DNA of 52,419 nucleotides, taken from Gemmatimonadales bacterium. GTDB taxonomy: Bacteria > Gemmatimonadota > Gemmatimonadetes > Gemmatimonadales > GWC2-71-9. Position 1 is the first letter of the stretch. The number at the start of each line of letters is the position of its first letter. The notes under the pieces were generated by a model. The model saw only the letters and a program-made list of their open reading frames with translations, searched no databases and had not been told where the DNA came from. The position numbers and the translations under genes were made by a program. The stretch covers positions 1 through 52,419 of the forward strand of contig JBBQFH010000021.1 in NCBI GenBank assembly GCA_038321865.1, in the 5' to 3' direction. Positions 30,701 to 37,425 of this stretch are shown here, one piece after another.

Positions 30701-31085
30701 GCGCGCTGATGTGCTTCAATTACTTGGTCGGAATCGCGAGGCGCTTGCACAGGTTGGGCAGCTAGTCGCGTCAGGAAATACGCCGGCCAGCTCATTTGCC
30801 GGAGCGTTTGCTCGGTGGACTGTCCTCGTCGCCATTGCGGTTGGCGAACCGCAGCGGGCGCAAGCTCCACTCAAGAAGTTAAAGAGTCAGCTGACTAGCT
30901 ATGACGCCGTAGATCAGGCTGAAATTCTGGCCTCAAGCTGGTGGTTGAGGTCCCAGCCTGGAATGCGCACTTCCGCCGCTGAGCTCAGACATTTGCGCAA
31001 TCAATTAAGCCAACTCTTAGGAAACATGCCTCCCGCGGTAAGTAATCAACTCGCCCGGCTAGGCGTTTTGGCCCTGTCCGCCTAG
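27741..31085 (+). CDS. SARP-type regulator: N-terminal DNA-binding/BTAD domain, AAA_16/STAND-like ATPase, helical TPR-like C-terminus
   Basis: L.CLG...ALLVFLA...R..LAELLW...SL.TALS.IR, FLDGF...EF..W...QR, DELSEEA, FVGR..E, Walker A GDSGIGKT and Walker B LIVDDLH. Confidence 0.88.
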   Translation: MEPRLSLRCLGEPVLAGPDGEPIRFKVRKHLALLVFLAVEQKGRHHRDFLAELLWANLPERDNRHSLATALSMIRAKVGGDAIEADRDHVRFACMRMDLDLHRLEVGDVLASEFQPALQIAGFLDGFEVPGSAEFMLWRERQRARWLPLVREALVKRIDKCRRTGDFRQIEHLADRMLHLDELSEEAVRAKMEARAFAGDRLTALKVFEAWKDRLDEDLGASPSALVEGMAIRLRQRGWERPGSSPIPAVHTDQWKNRPFVGRANEYQALYEAWERTRRREPGHAILVGDSGIGKTTLADRLATAAGLEGAVTSRVQCYELEREIPYATVSGLVHGLLDKPGASATPPEALAELSRTVPEVRLKFPTIPPPGDSQGETARILLTEAFHQLLSALADEQPVALIVDDLHLADDASLAVLHLMMRRARGQPIMVVFATRGEGLDQSPQASRLRESAERLGIRTIELGRMSDEESSELLTSFIPAGEEQPGLAARRALLRAAAGYPMVLELLVQDWQANGERSLALSVEAMTKEPPSSRGSNESYRIILDRITTALDPATRNVLNLASILGRRLNDLDYYGLASLSIGESMSGMATLVQIRLLRERGDGLEFVNELIRAHVYLNIPSPLRRAIHGQIAGRLLSDARLGSSRSGLEVAWHCFRGGREPDGIPYLLCGARDAIRDGAPHEVELALSSALSSLSGVQRDQAKLLLVEAFQEQGRCLDSRIIVSELRSAGYVSTDRLLDVLDLTARHRAGDIGSDNAEHALFALEEIVGSSTDPSVSARALTIAALIVDDTQNRRFAPRLHGLLEQLDPSTLDEASTLRLLMARSILCYWTGRRDSARVELLDAVARLRTTTVANLAAVQLVHCSSAMNCSAGAYALALEDASFAQRMAVRLGNDLASATAAANLALCHGRLGAYEDQVRWASWGEQLLGPTFTGHRDIQLGFARAFGNAMVLQEDPALAAVSKVDLRIAGVAPEWMRQGWQLQRADVLQLLGRNREALAQVGQLVASGNTPASSFAGAFARWTVLVAIAVGEPQRAQAPLKKLKSQLTSYDAVDQAEILASSWWLRSQPGMRTSAAELRHLRNQLSQLLGNMPPAVSNQLARLGVLALSA

Positions 31086-32476
31086 GCTCTCCGGGCCTTC
31101 CACAATGCCGACGCCGGCCAACTAACGCGCTTCGACCTACTTGGGGTATTCGAATTGATCTCAACGCTCGGAGAGTTTCCAGCGATAAGACGCCGAATCG
31201 CGACCGACGAGATCACGACATCGATAAGTTCTGGGTCAAACTGAGTCCCTTTGCACTTCTGTAGCTCGGCAATTACGACATCCAGACTGAGCCGCTTGCG
31301 ATACGGCCGATCAGTCGTCATGGCATCAATCGTATCGGAAATCAGAATAATGCGCGACCCAAGGGGAATCTGCTTTCCCGCTAATCCCACAGGATAGCCT
31401 TGGCCATCCCAGCGCTCGTGGTGATGACGGACTGACTCCTGAATCAGTCCACGAAACTTCGTGATGATACCGACGAGATCCGCACTCTTAGATGAGTGCG
31501 TCTGCATTAACGCGGTCTCTTCTTCGGTGAGGCGACTCTCCTTTCGAAGCAGCGGCGCAAACTCTTCGTGAATCTTGCCAACGTCATGCAGAAGCGCTGC
31601 TGTTTCAATCGACTCCACGTCCTTAGCCGCGAGGCCTAGCTCGAGGGCGACTGTCCGCGAGAACTCGCTGACTCGAACCGAGTGCCCGGACGTATACGGG
31701 TCACGCGCTTCGATGGCCTTAACCATCACTTGCAACAGCTCCTGGCCGCTCGCTTGCAATTGATGATAGAGTCCGTAAACATGCCGAACAATGACAATTG
31801 GGATGAACACGCAGAGAAGCCCGAAAGATCCCAGTCCCCAGTGACTGGCGGTCCAGACGTAGGCGTAACACACGAACAGTGCGATCGCACTCGCACCAAG
31901 ATCGTATCCGATTACACCTCGTGTATTCAGATTCCAAACGTCACGGAACGCACGCCGATTGCTTAGAGCTATTACTCCGCTAACAGCAAGAGTATTGACA
32001 GCGAAATAGGTAGCCGCAAAGACAAAAAACAGCAGCAGGTCAACTTGAAGCGCCGCCGTGTCGACTCGCCCAGTGACTTGGAGGTACGCTGGAGGGAGCC
32101 CGCCGCCCAAGGCTGAATAGACAGCGATCGCAGCCAATACTGACATTGCGCGCTGCGCTGCGTTGAACACCAGCTTGACTGGGCTGCCTCCAGAAGCTAG
32201 CCCGGTCAAAGCAGTAGATATCGCCGCAATCAAGGCACCCCAAAAGCCGCCAAACAGGACGCCTGCCGCCATATGAATCACGAATGACGTAGTGCCTGTA
32301 GCTGCGACCTTCAACTTTGTGCTGCTTTGATCAAGTAACCATGCGACAACAATGAAACTGCTAAGCTCCCAAATCCCCGGATTTGCCGCGCGCACAGTCC
32401 ACGCAACTGCCCCAGCTGCCAAGGCAGCCGTGACAGAGAGCGCGACAAATGCAAGGATTTTGGTTTCGCTCTTCAT
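31082..32476 (-). CDS. Membrane-bound HD-GYP cyclic-dinucleotide phosphodiesterase
   Basis: About 7-8 N-terminal TM segments; EARDPYTSGHS.RV, LLHDVGK, HHERWDG.GYP, DAMTTDRPYR and GTQFDP motifs all intact. Confidence 0.92.
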   Translation of the reverse strand: MKSETKILAFVALSVTAALAAGAVAWTVRAANPGIWELSSFIVVAWLLDQSSTKLKVAATGTTSFVIHMAAGVLFGGFWGALIAAISTALTGLASGGSPVKLVFNAAQRAMSVLAAIAVYSALGGGLPPAYLQVTGRVDTAALQVDLLLFFVFAATYFAVNTLAVSGVIALSNRRAFRDVWNLNTRGVIGYDLGASAIALFVCYAYVWTASHWGLGSFGLLCVFIPIVIVRHVYGLYHQLQASGQELLQVMVKAIEARDPYTSGHSVRVSEFSRTVALELGLAAKDVESIETAALLHDVGKIHEEFAPLLRKESRLTEEETALMQTHSSKSADLVGIITKFRGLIQESVRHHHERWDGQGYPVGLAGKQIPLGSRIILISDTIDAMTTDRPYRKRLSLDVVIAELQKCKGTQFDPELIDVVISSVAIRRLIAGNSPSVEINSNTPSRSKRVSWPASALWKARRA

Positions 32477-32491
32477 GTCGAGAGTAGGAAC

Positions 32492-32721
32492 GGGACCCCG
32501 GGCTTCACATTAGCTCCAGTTCTGCCCTTCGGCCAAGAACAAGTTCGCGATGAAATTCACCATCGCTCCGAGCCAGTCGATCTGCAACATGAGCGTCACC
32601 CCCCTTCGGGTAGCTTTCCGAGTACTTCCGGGAAGTGGCAACCCTCGCTATGGGCCACCAGACGCTCCGCTCATCACTTGTCCGCTCAGTCTCCGCTCGT
32701 ATTCTCGAAGACCGGGGTCCC
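32492..32721. repeat. 15-nt inverted repeat bracketing the small peptide gene
   Basis: GGGACCCCGGGCTTC (32492-32506) versus GAAGACCGGGGTCCC (32707-32721): 14 of 15 positions complementary. Confidence 0.75.
32510..32590 (-). CDS. Unannotated 26-aa peptide MLQIDWLGAMVNFIANLFLAEGQNWS
   Basis: ATG at 32590, TAA at 32510-12, SD-like AAGGGGGGTGA ending 5 nt upstream, mostly G/C third positions. It is co-directional with and 33 nt upstream of the HD-GYP gene, and shorter than any ORF in the supplied track. Confidence 0.7.
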   Translation of the reverse strand: MLQIDWLGAMVNFIANLFLAEGQNWS

Positions 32722-32808
32722 CTCCTTGCTTCCTTTCCTATTGTGCGGCCAGGTCGCCCCGGCCCGCGGTTCGGATCGTGCCTCAGCTCCGCCCCACACC
32801 ACCTGCTG

Positions 32809-33564
32809 CTATAAGGGCCGGCGCGCCTCGGTCCACCGGTTCGTGGCGTCCAGCACCGCGAATACCGCCGCGCGCTCTGCGCTCTCCTTGATTTCCGCCG
32901 TGCCGGTGAGCAGCAGCGATTCGCGCCCACCCAGCCCCTGGACACCGACGAAGGCGAACTCCCGATCGAAGACCTCGACGATCTTGGCGCCCTCGAGCGC
33001 CACCGACGCCCCCTGGTCCGCCAGGAGCCGGTCGAGCACCGTCACGGCCGCCTTGGCCGCGGCTTCGACCCGGCTCCGCGGCGTGTCGCTGCTCTCCTCC
33101 TCCGCCGACTCGGTCTGCTCCCGGAACGAGAGCGTCACCGCGATCATGATGCGGTGCTGCCGGCGACCCGGTGCGACCGAAAGATTCTCGAACAGGACCG
33201 AGCGCCGGAGCGCCTGCTCCCGCACCGCCTCGCGCTCCAGCGTCTCGATCGGCTTGACGTCTGCCGTCTGCGCCACGCTGATCTTCCGATGATCGACCTT
33301 GAGGCCCAGCTGCGCCAGCAGCGCGGACTCGATGTTCCGCACCAGCTGCTTCGGCTGCAGGCCCGCCTGCGCCAGTACGTGCACCTCGGTGACCTCGCCG
33401 AGCGGCGACGTGACGACGCGGGCCGACAGGATACCCTCGAGGGTCGTCAGCAGGTTCTCGGCCCGCCGCACGCCCCACGGATCGGGTACCGGATCGGCCG
33501 CGGACACCGAGCGACCCATCTGATTGAACGGCCCCGACTGGCGGGGCGAAAACGATCCACTCAC
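32809..33564 (-). CDS. Conserved-looking hypothetical cytoplasmic protein (251 aa)
   Basis: Host-like codon usage; EVHVLA....PKQLVRNIESALLAQLG..VDHRKISVAQ N-domain and ...AAV.AVLDATNR C-domain. Confidence 0.75.
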   Translation of the reverse strand: MSGSFSPRQSGPFNQMGRSVSAADPVPDPWGVRRAENLLTTLEGILSARVVTSPLGEVTEVHVLAQAGLQPKQLVRNIESALLAQLGLKVDHRKISVAQTADVKPIETLEREAVREQALRRSVLFENLSVAPGRRQHRIMIAVTLSFREQTESAEEESSDTPRSRVEAAAKAAVTVLDRLLADQGASVALEGAKIVEVFDREFAFVGVQGLGGRESLLLTGTAEIKESAERAAVFAVLDATNRWTEARRPL

Positions 33565-33599
33565 GTATGTGCGTCCTTCAGTCGCGGTCGGTTGGTCCG

Positions 33600-35354
33600 C
33601 TACGCTACCAGGTTGCGTCCGGACGCCTTCGCACGGTACAGCGCGCGATCGGCGGCCGCCAGCAGGTCGTCTTCCGAGGGCTGGAGCGGATCGAATTCCG
33701 CCAGCCCGATACTCACCGTAATGACGCCCGCCGGATAGCCCAGGCGCCGGCCGACCCCTTCGATCCCCGCCCGCAGCGCCTCGGCGACCCGCACCGCGCC
33801 CGCCAGGTCGGTCCGCGTCAGGATCACCACGAACTCGTCGCCGCCATATCGTGCCGCGACATCCGAGGCCCGTACCGCGCTCTTCACCTCGGCCGCGACA
33901 CCCCGCAGGATGTCGTTGCCCGCTTCGTGGCCGTAGGTATCGTTCACTTCCTTGAAGCGGTCGAGATCCAGAAACATGACCGCGAAATGCTCGGTGCTGC
34001 GCTTGCTGCGCTCAACTTCGTAGGCCAGCCGGTCGCGCAGGATTCGGTACGTCGACAGGCCGGTCAGAATGTCCACGGCCGCCGCGGACTGTGCCTCTTC
34101 CGCCCGGCGCTCCTGGTACGGCGTGCACTGCCGGAGCGTCGCCCGTCCGAGCACCGCGATCTCGGCGAACCGCTGACAGGTCGCGAACCCGCAGGCGCCA
34201 CAGTCCCAGGGCCGTCCGTTGGGTCCCAGTCCGATGGCGTCGAGCACGGTCGCGACCGCGGCAGGGTCCGGCTGCATCGGCCGAGGCTTGATCGCGAAGA
34301 CCGCGCCCACACTGGCCACCACCGCGCTGTCCACGATCGGGAAACGGCTCCGCGGAGGCTCGGTGCTGGCCAGCAGCGCCCGCCGCCAGTACAGCTCTTC
34401 CTTCGGCCCCGACAGCGGATGGTCGAGCGACCCTTCGCTCGACAGTATGTCGACAAAGCCCAGCTCGATCCGGTCGACCGACACCGCCCGCGCCAGGCCC
34501 GGCAGGCCGTCCAGGCCGCGAATGACGCGGAACCGGCCATTGGTGCGCCGGAATTCCTCCAGCATCGCGAGCGGCATTCCGCCCGCCGCACTCAGGTGGC
34601 GGCGGCGCTCTTCCGGCACGCGATGGAAGTACGTCGGCTGGGTCAGCACGCTCACGCCGCGTGCCCGCAGCAGCTCCTCGAGATCGGCGAACGTCACGAC
34701 GGCATCGAGATCGCCGCTCCGCTCCGGCGGGCAAAGTCCGGCGTAGACCACCTTCAACCCCGGCCCCTGCCGGGCACGGAGGTAACGGGCCTCGGCCACC
34801 GCCGGCACCGCAATCGGCGCCAGGTAGGGTATCAGTTCCGGGAAACGGGCGCGTACCGTGTCGACCACCACCGGGTCGGTCGACCGGATCATCGTGCCCC
34901 AGGATTCTTCCTCCCACAGGCGGAGGTATTCCGCCGCCACCAGCTCGTCGCCGATTACGCCCCGGCTCACGGTGCGGAAACCGGCCTCGTAACAAGCGTT
35001 GACCAGCTGTTCCGGCGTGGCGGGGTAGAAATGCGCCGCCGCTTCCGGACTCAGGATCAGGATTCCGTCGCCCTGGCTGGCCACGGCCAGGGCCCGCCCA
35101 GCCTCGCCCCCGACCCGGACCGCGTCATGCGGACACGCCGCATAGCACTGGCCGCAGCGGATGCACAGCTCGTCCACCACCTGCAAAAGCGGCGCCTCAC
35201 CCGAGACCGCGATCGCATCGGTCGGACAGGTGCGCACGCACGCCAAGCAAGCGACGCACGCGTCCGCGTCGATAGCGAAATTCAAAAGGGCGGTACCTGG
35301 GTTGGAGAGCTTCGAGCGCTCCACAATATTGACGGTCGGGTCCGGAACTGTCAA
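33600..35354 (-). CDS. Diguanylate cyclase with 2x[4Fe-4S], degenerate [FeFe]-hydrogenase-like and FeS sensory domains
   Basis: CVACLACVRTCP / CIRCGQCYAACP, DCGACGFATC...C and FLDLDRFKEVNDTYGH motifs; RASD I-site five residues before GGDEF. Confidence 0.88.
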   Translation of the reverse strand: MTVPDPTVNIVERSKLSNPGTALLNFAIDADACVACLACVRTCPTDAIAVSGEAPLLQVVDELCIRCGQCYAACPHDAVRVGGEAGRALAVASQGDGILILSPEAAAHFYPATPEQLVNACYEAGFRTVSRGVIGDELVAAEYLRLWEEESWGTMIRSTDPVVVDTVRARFPELIPYLAPIAVPAVAEARYLRARQGPGLKVVYAGLCPPERSGDLDAVVTFADLEELLRARGVSVLTQPTYFHRVPEERRRHLSAAGGMPLAMLEEFRRTNGRFRVIRGLDGLPGLARAVSVDRIELGFVDILSSEGSLDHPLSGPKEELYWRRALLASTEPPRSRFPIVDSAVVASVGAVFAIKPRPMQPDPAAVATVLDAIGLGPNGRPWDCGACGFATCQRFAEIAVLGRATLRQCTPYQERRAEEAQSAAAVDILTGLSTYRILRDRLAYEVERSKRSTEHFAVMFLDLDRFKEVNDTYGHEAGNDILRGVAAEVKSAVRASDVAARYGGDEFVVILTRTDLAGAVRVAEALRAGIEGVGRRLGYPAGVITVSIGLAEFDPLQPSEDDLLAAADRALYRAKASGRNLVA

Positions 35355-35428
35355 TAGCTCACCCTATGCAAATATTTGACAGGTCGAAACTTAGGCAATT
35401 TTGGGCTATCGGCTACCGGTGGCCTAAA

Positions 35429-36940
35429 TCATTCTAGCTGATAGGCTTTGATTTTCCGGTACAGGGTCCGCTCCCCGATCCCCAGGACCTCGGCCGCCCG
35501 CCTCCGGTTGCCGTCGAATTCCCGCAGGGCCGCCCCGATCACCGCCTTTTCCACATCCTCCATCGTCATGCCCGACCGGTAGAGGACCTCGTCGGAGCCC
35601 CCGGTGTCGGTCTCCGAGTCGGTCAGATTGCCCAGAATCGGGCCCTCCGACAGGTCGATGACCTGGACTCGCTGGGGGGCCTGGTCGAGCCGCCGCCGCA
35701 GCTCCTCCACCTGGAGTTTCAGGTCGACCAGGCTCCGGAGAATGAATTCCAGCTCCTGGCCGCCAGCCATCTCCCGGGAGCCGTTCTGCAGCCGCGCCGG
35801 GAGCAGCGTTCCCGGCCCGTCGAAGACGTCGGCCGGGATGTCGCTGGCCCGGATTTCGGTACCCGGAGCCAGCACCACCATGGACTCGACCAGGTTTCGC
35901 AGCTGGCGGACGTTGCCGGGCCAGGGTGCGCTGACCAGCCGCTCCATCGCCTCGGGGGTAATGCCGCGGAAAGTCCGGTCGTGCAGCTTCGCGAATTCCC
36001 GGATGAACCGGAGGACCAGCAGCGCAATGTCACCCCGCCGCTCGCGGAGCGGCGGCAGGTAGATGTTCAGGACGTTGAGGCGATAATAGAGATCGTCGCG
36101 GAATTCGCCGAGCTGAACCGCCTCGCGCAGGTGACGGTTGGTGGCGGCGAGCACGCGGACATCGACCTTGATGGGCTGGGTTCCCCCCACCCGAAAGAAC
36201 GTCCGGCTCTCGAGCACGCGGAGCAGCTTCACCTGCACGCTGAACGGAACCTCACCGATCTCATCCAGGAAGATCGTCCCCGCATCGGCCAGCTCGAATC
36301 GGCCCAGGCGGCGCTCCGCCGCGCCGGTAAAGGCGCCCTTCTCGTGCCCGAACAGCTCGCTCTCCAGCAGCGCTTCCGGCAGCGCCGCGCAGTTGACCGC
36401 GATGAAGGCCTTCCCCCGCCGCGGTGAGAGGTCGTGGATGCCCTTGGCGACCAGCTCCTTCCCCGTTCCGCTCTCGCCCTGAATGAGGACGGTGCTCGAG
36501 ACCGGCGCCATCTGCTCGATCTTGACCAGGACTTCCTGGATCGCCTGGCTCTCGCCGATGATGCCGGTGCGCTGCTGCAGGCCCCGACGATCCAGCAGGC
36601 GGTGCACCGTCGCGACGACGTCATCCGGCGCGACCGGCTTGACGATCACCTCGGTCACCGGCAGCCGGCCGACCCGCTCGGCACGCTCGGAGTCGGTGGG
36701 CTCGAGCAGCGCCAGCGTCGAGATCTCGTGGTCCCGGGCATAGGCAGCGAGCTGGAGGGCGGGGGGCTCGTGCACGGCGCCGGTCAGGAGCACGAGGTCG
36801 GGAGCGTCACGGCGCAGCGCTCCCCGCGCGTCGTCCAGCGACGAGATCATGCCGGTCGTGTGGCCGGACGCCTCGAGCGCCGCATTGATGCGTACGGCGG
36901 CCTCGAGATCATCCATGGTGATCAGGATGCGGGCGCCCAT
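35429..36940 (-). CDS. Sigma-54-dependent Fis-family activator with an atypical receiver domain
   Basis: GESGTGKE, ESELFGHEKGAFTGA, FLDEIGE, WPGNVRQL and C-terminal HTH (AAEVLGIGERTLYRK). Confidence 0.92.
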   Translation of the reverse strand: MGARILITMDDLEAAVRINAALEASGHTTGMISSLDDARGALRRDAPDLVLLTGAVHEPPALQLAAYARDHEISTLALLEPTDSERAERVGRLPVTEVIVKPVAPDDVVATVHRLLDRRGLQQRTGIIGESQAIQEVLVKIEQMAPVSSTVLIQGESGTGKELVAKGIHDLSPRRGKAFIAVNCAALPEALLESELFGHEKGAFTGAAERRLGRFELADAGTIFLDEIGEVPFSVQVKLLRVLESRTFFRVGGTQPIKVDVRVLAATNRHLREAVQLGEFRDDLYYRLNVLNIYLPPLRERRGDIALLVLRFIREFAKLHDRTFRGITPEAMERLVSAPWPGNVRQLRNLVESMVVLAPGTEIRASDIPADVFDGPGTLLPARLQNGSREMAGGQELEFILRSLVDLKLQVEELRRRLDQAPQRVQVIDLSEGPILGNLTDSETDTGGSDEVLYRSGMTMEDVEKAVIGAALREFDGNRRRAAEVLGIGERTLYRKIKAYQLE

Positions 36941-37422
36941 CAACCGTGCTCGGTGCGTACGCCGCGGACCAGCTCCACGGCGTGATCCACCAGGTCGGCG
37001 AGCACCTCGAGCCCGTCACGTACGCCACCGGGGCTGCCCGGCAGGTTCACGATGAGCGTGCGGCCCCGCACACCCGCCGTACCGCGCGAGAGCGCCGCGC
37101 GGTGAAACCGCGGGTAGATGGCCATGCGCAGCGCCTCGGCGATGCCGGGAGCCTCCTTCTCGAGGATACCACGGGTGGCTTCAGGAGTGACGTCCCGTTG
37201 AGTGAGCCCGGTCCCGCCGGTGGTGAGCACCAGGTCGGCAGCGTCGCCGTCGGCCCAGGAGGCGAGCGTGCCGGCAATGGAGCCGGGCTCGTCCGGCACG
37301 ACCGCCCTGACCGCGATCTCGTATCCACGGACGCCCGCCCAGGCGGCGATCGCGTCACCCGAGCCATCGGGGCGCTCGCCACGGCTGCCGGCGTCCGAGA
37401 TCGTGAGTATCGCGAGGCGCAT
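36940..37422 (-). CDS. mog: Molybdopterin adenylyltransferase MogA/MoaB family
   Basis: ILTISD, TTGGTG...RDVTPEAT, LSRG.AG and NLPGSP motifs. Confidence 0.9.
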   Translation of the reverse strand: MRLAILTISDAGSRGERPDGSGDAIAAWAGVRGYEIAVRAVVPDEPGSIAGTLASWADGDAADLVLTTGGTGLTQRDVTPEATRGILEKEAPGIAEALRMAIYPRFHRAALSRGTAGVRGRTLIVNLPGSPGGVRDGLEVLADLVDHAVELVRGVRTEHG

Positions 37423-37425
37423 GAG

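Noticed and set aside
32666..32698. Short repeats as a CRISPR array
   Set aside because: The units are 7 nt with 4-8 nt spacers, far too short, and there are no cas genes.
29340..32700. Low-GC block as a prophage, IS or integrative element
   Set aside because: No transposase, integrase, tRNA target or terminal repeats at its edges, and it begins within an intact ORF.
32590..32809. c-di-GMP riboswitch or sigma-54 promoter upstream of the peptide/HD-GYP genes
   Set aside because: I could not find the GEMM-type consensus or a GG-N10-GC -24/-12 element by eye. An Rfam/Infernal scan would settle it.
33600..35354. Active [FeFe]-hydrogenase
   Set aside because: Most H-cluster cysteine positions are substituted, and no maturase genes are in the window.
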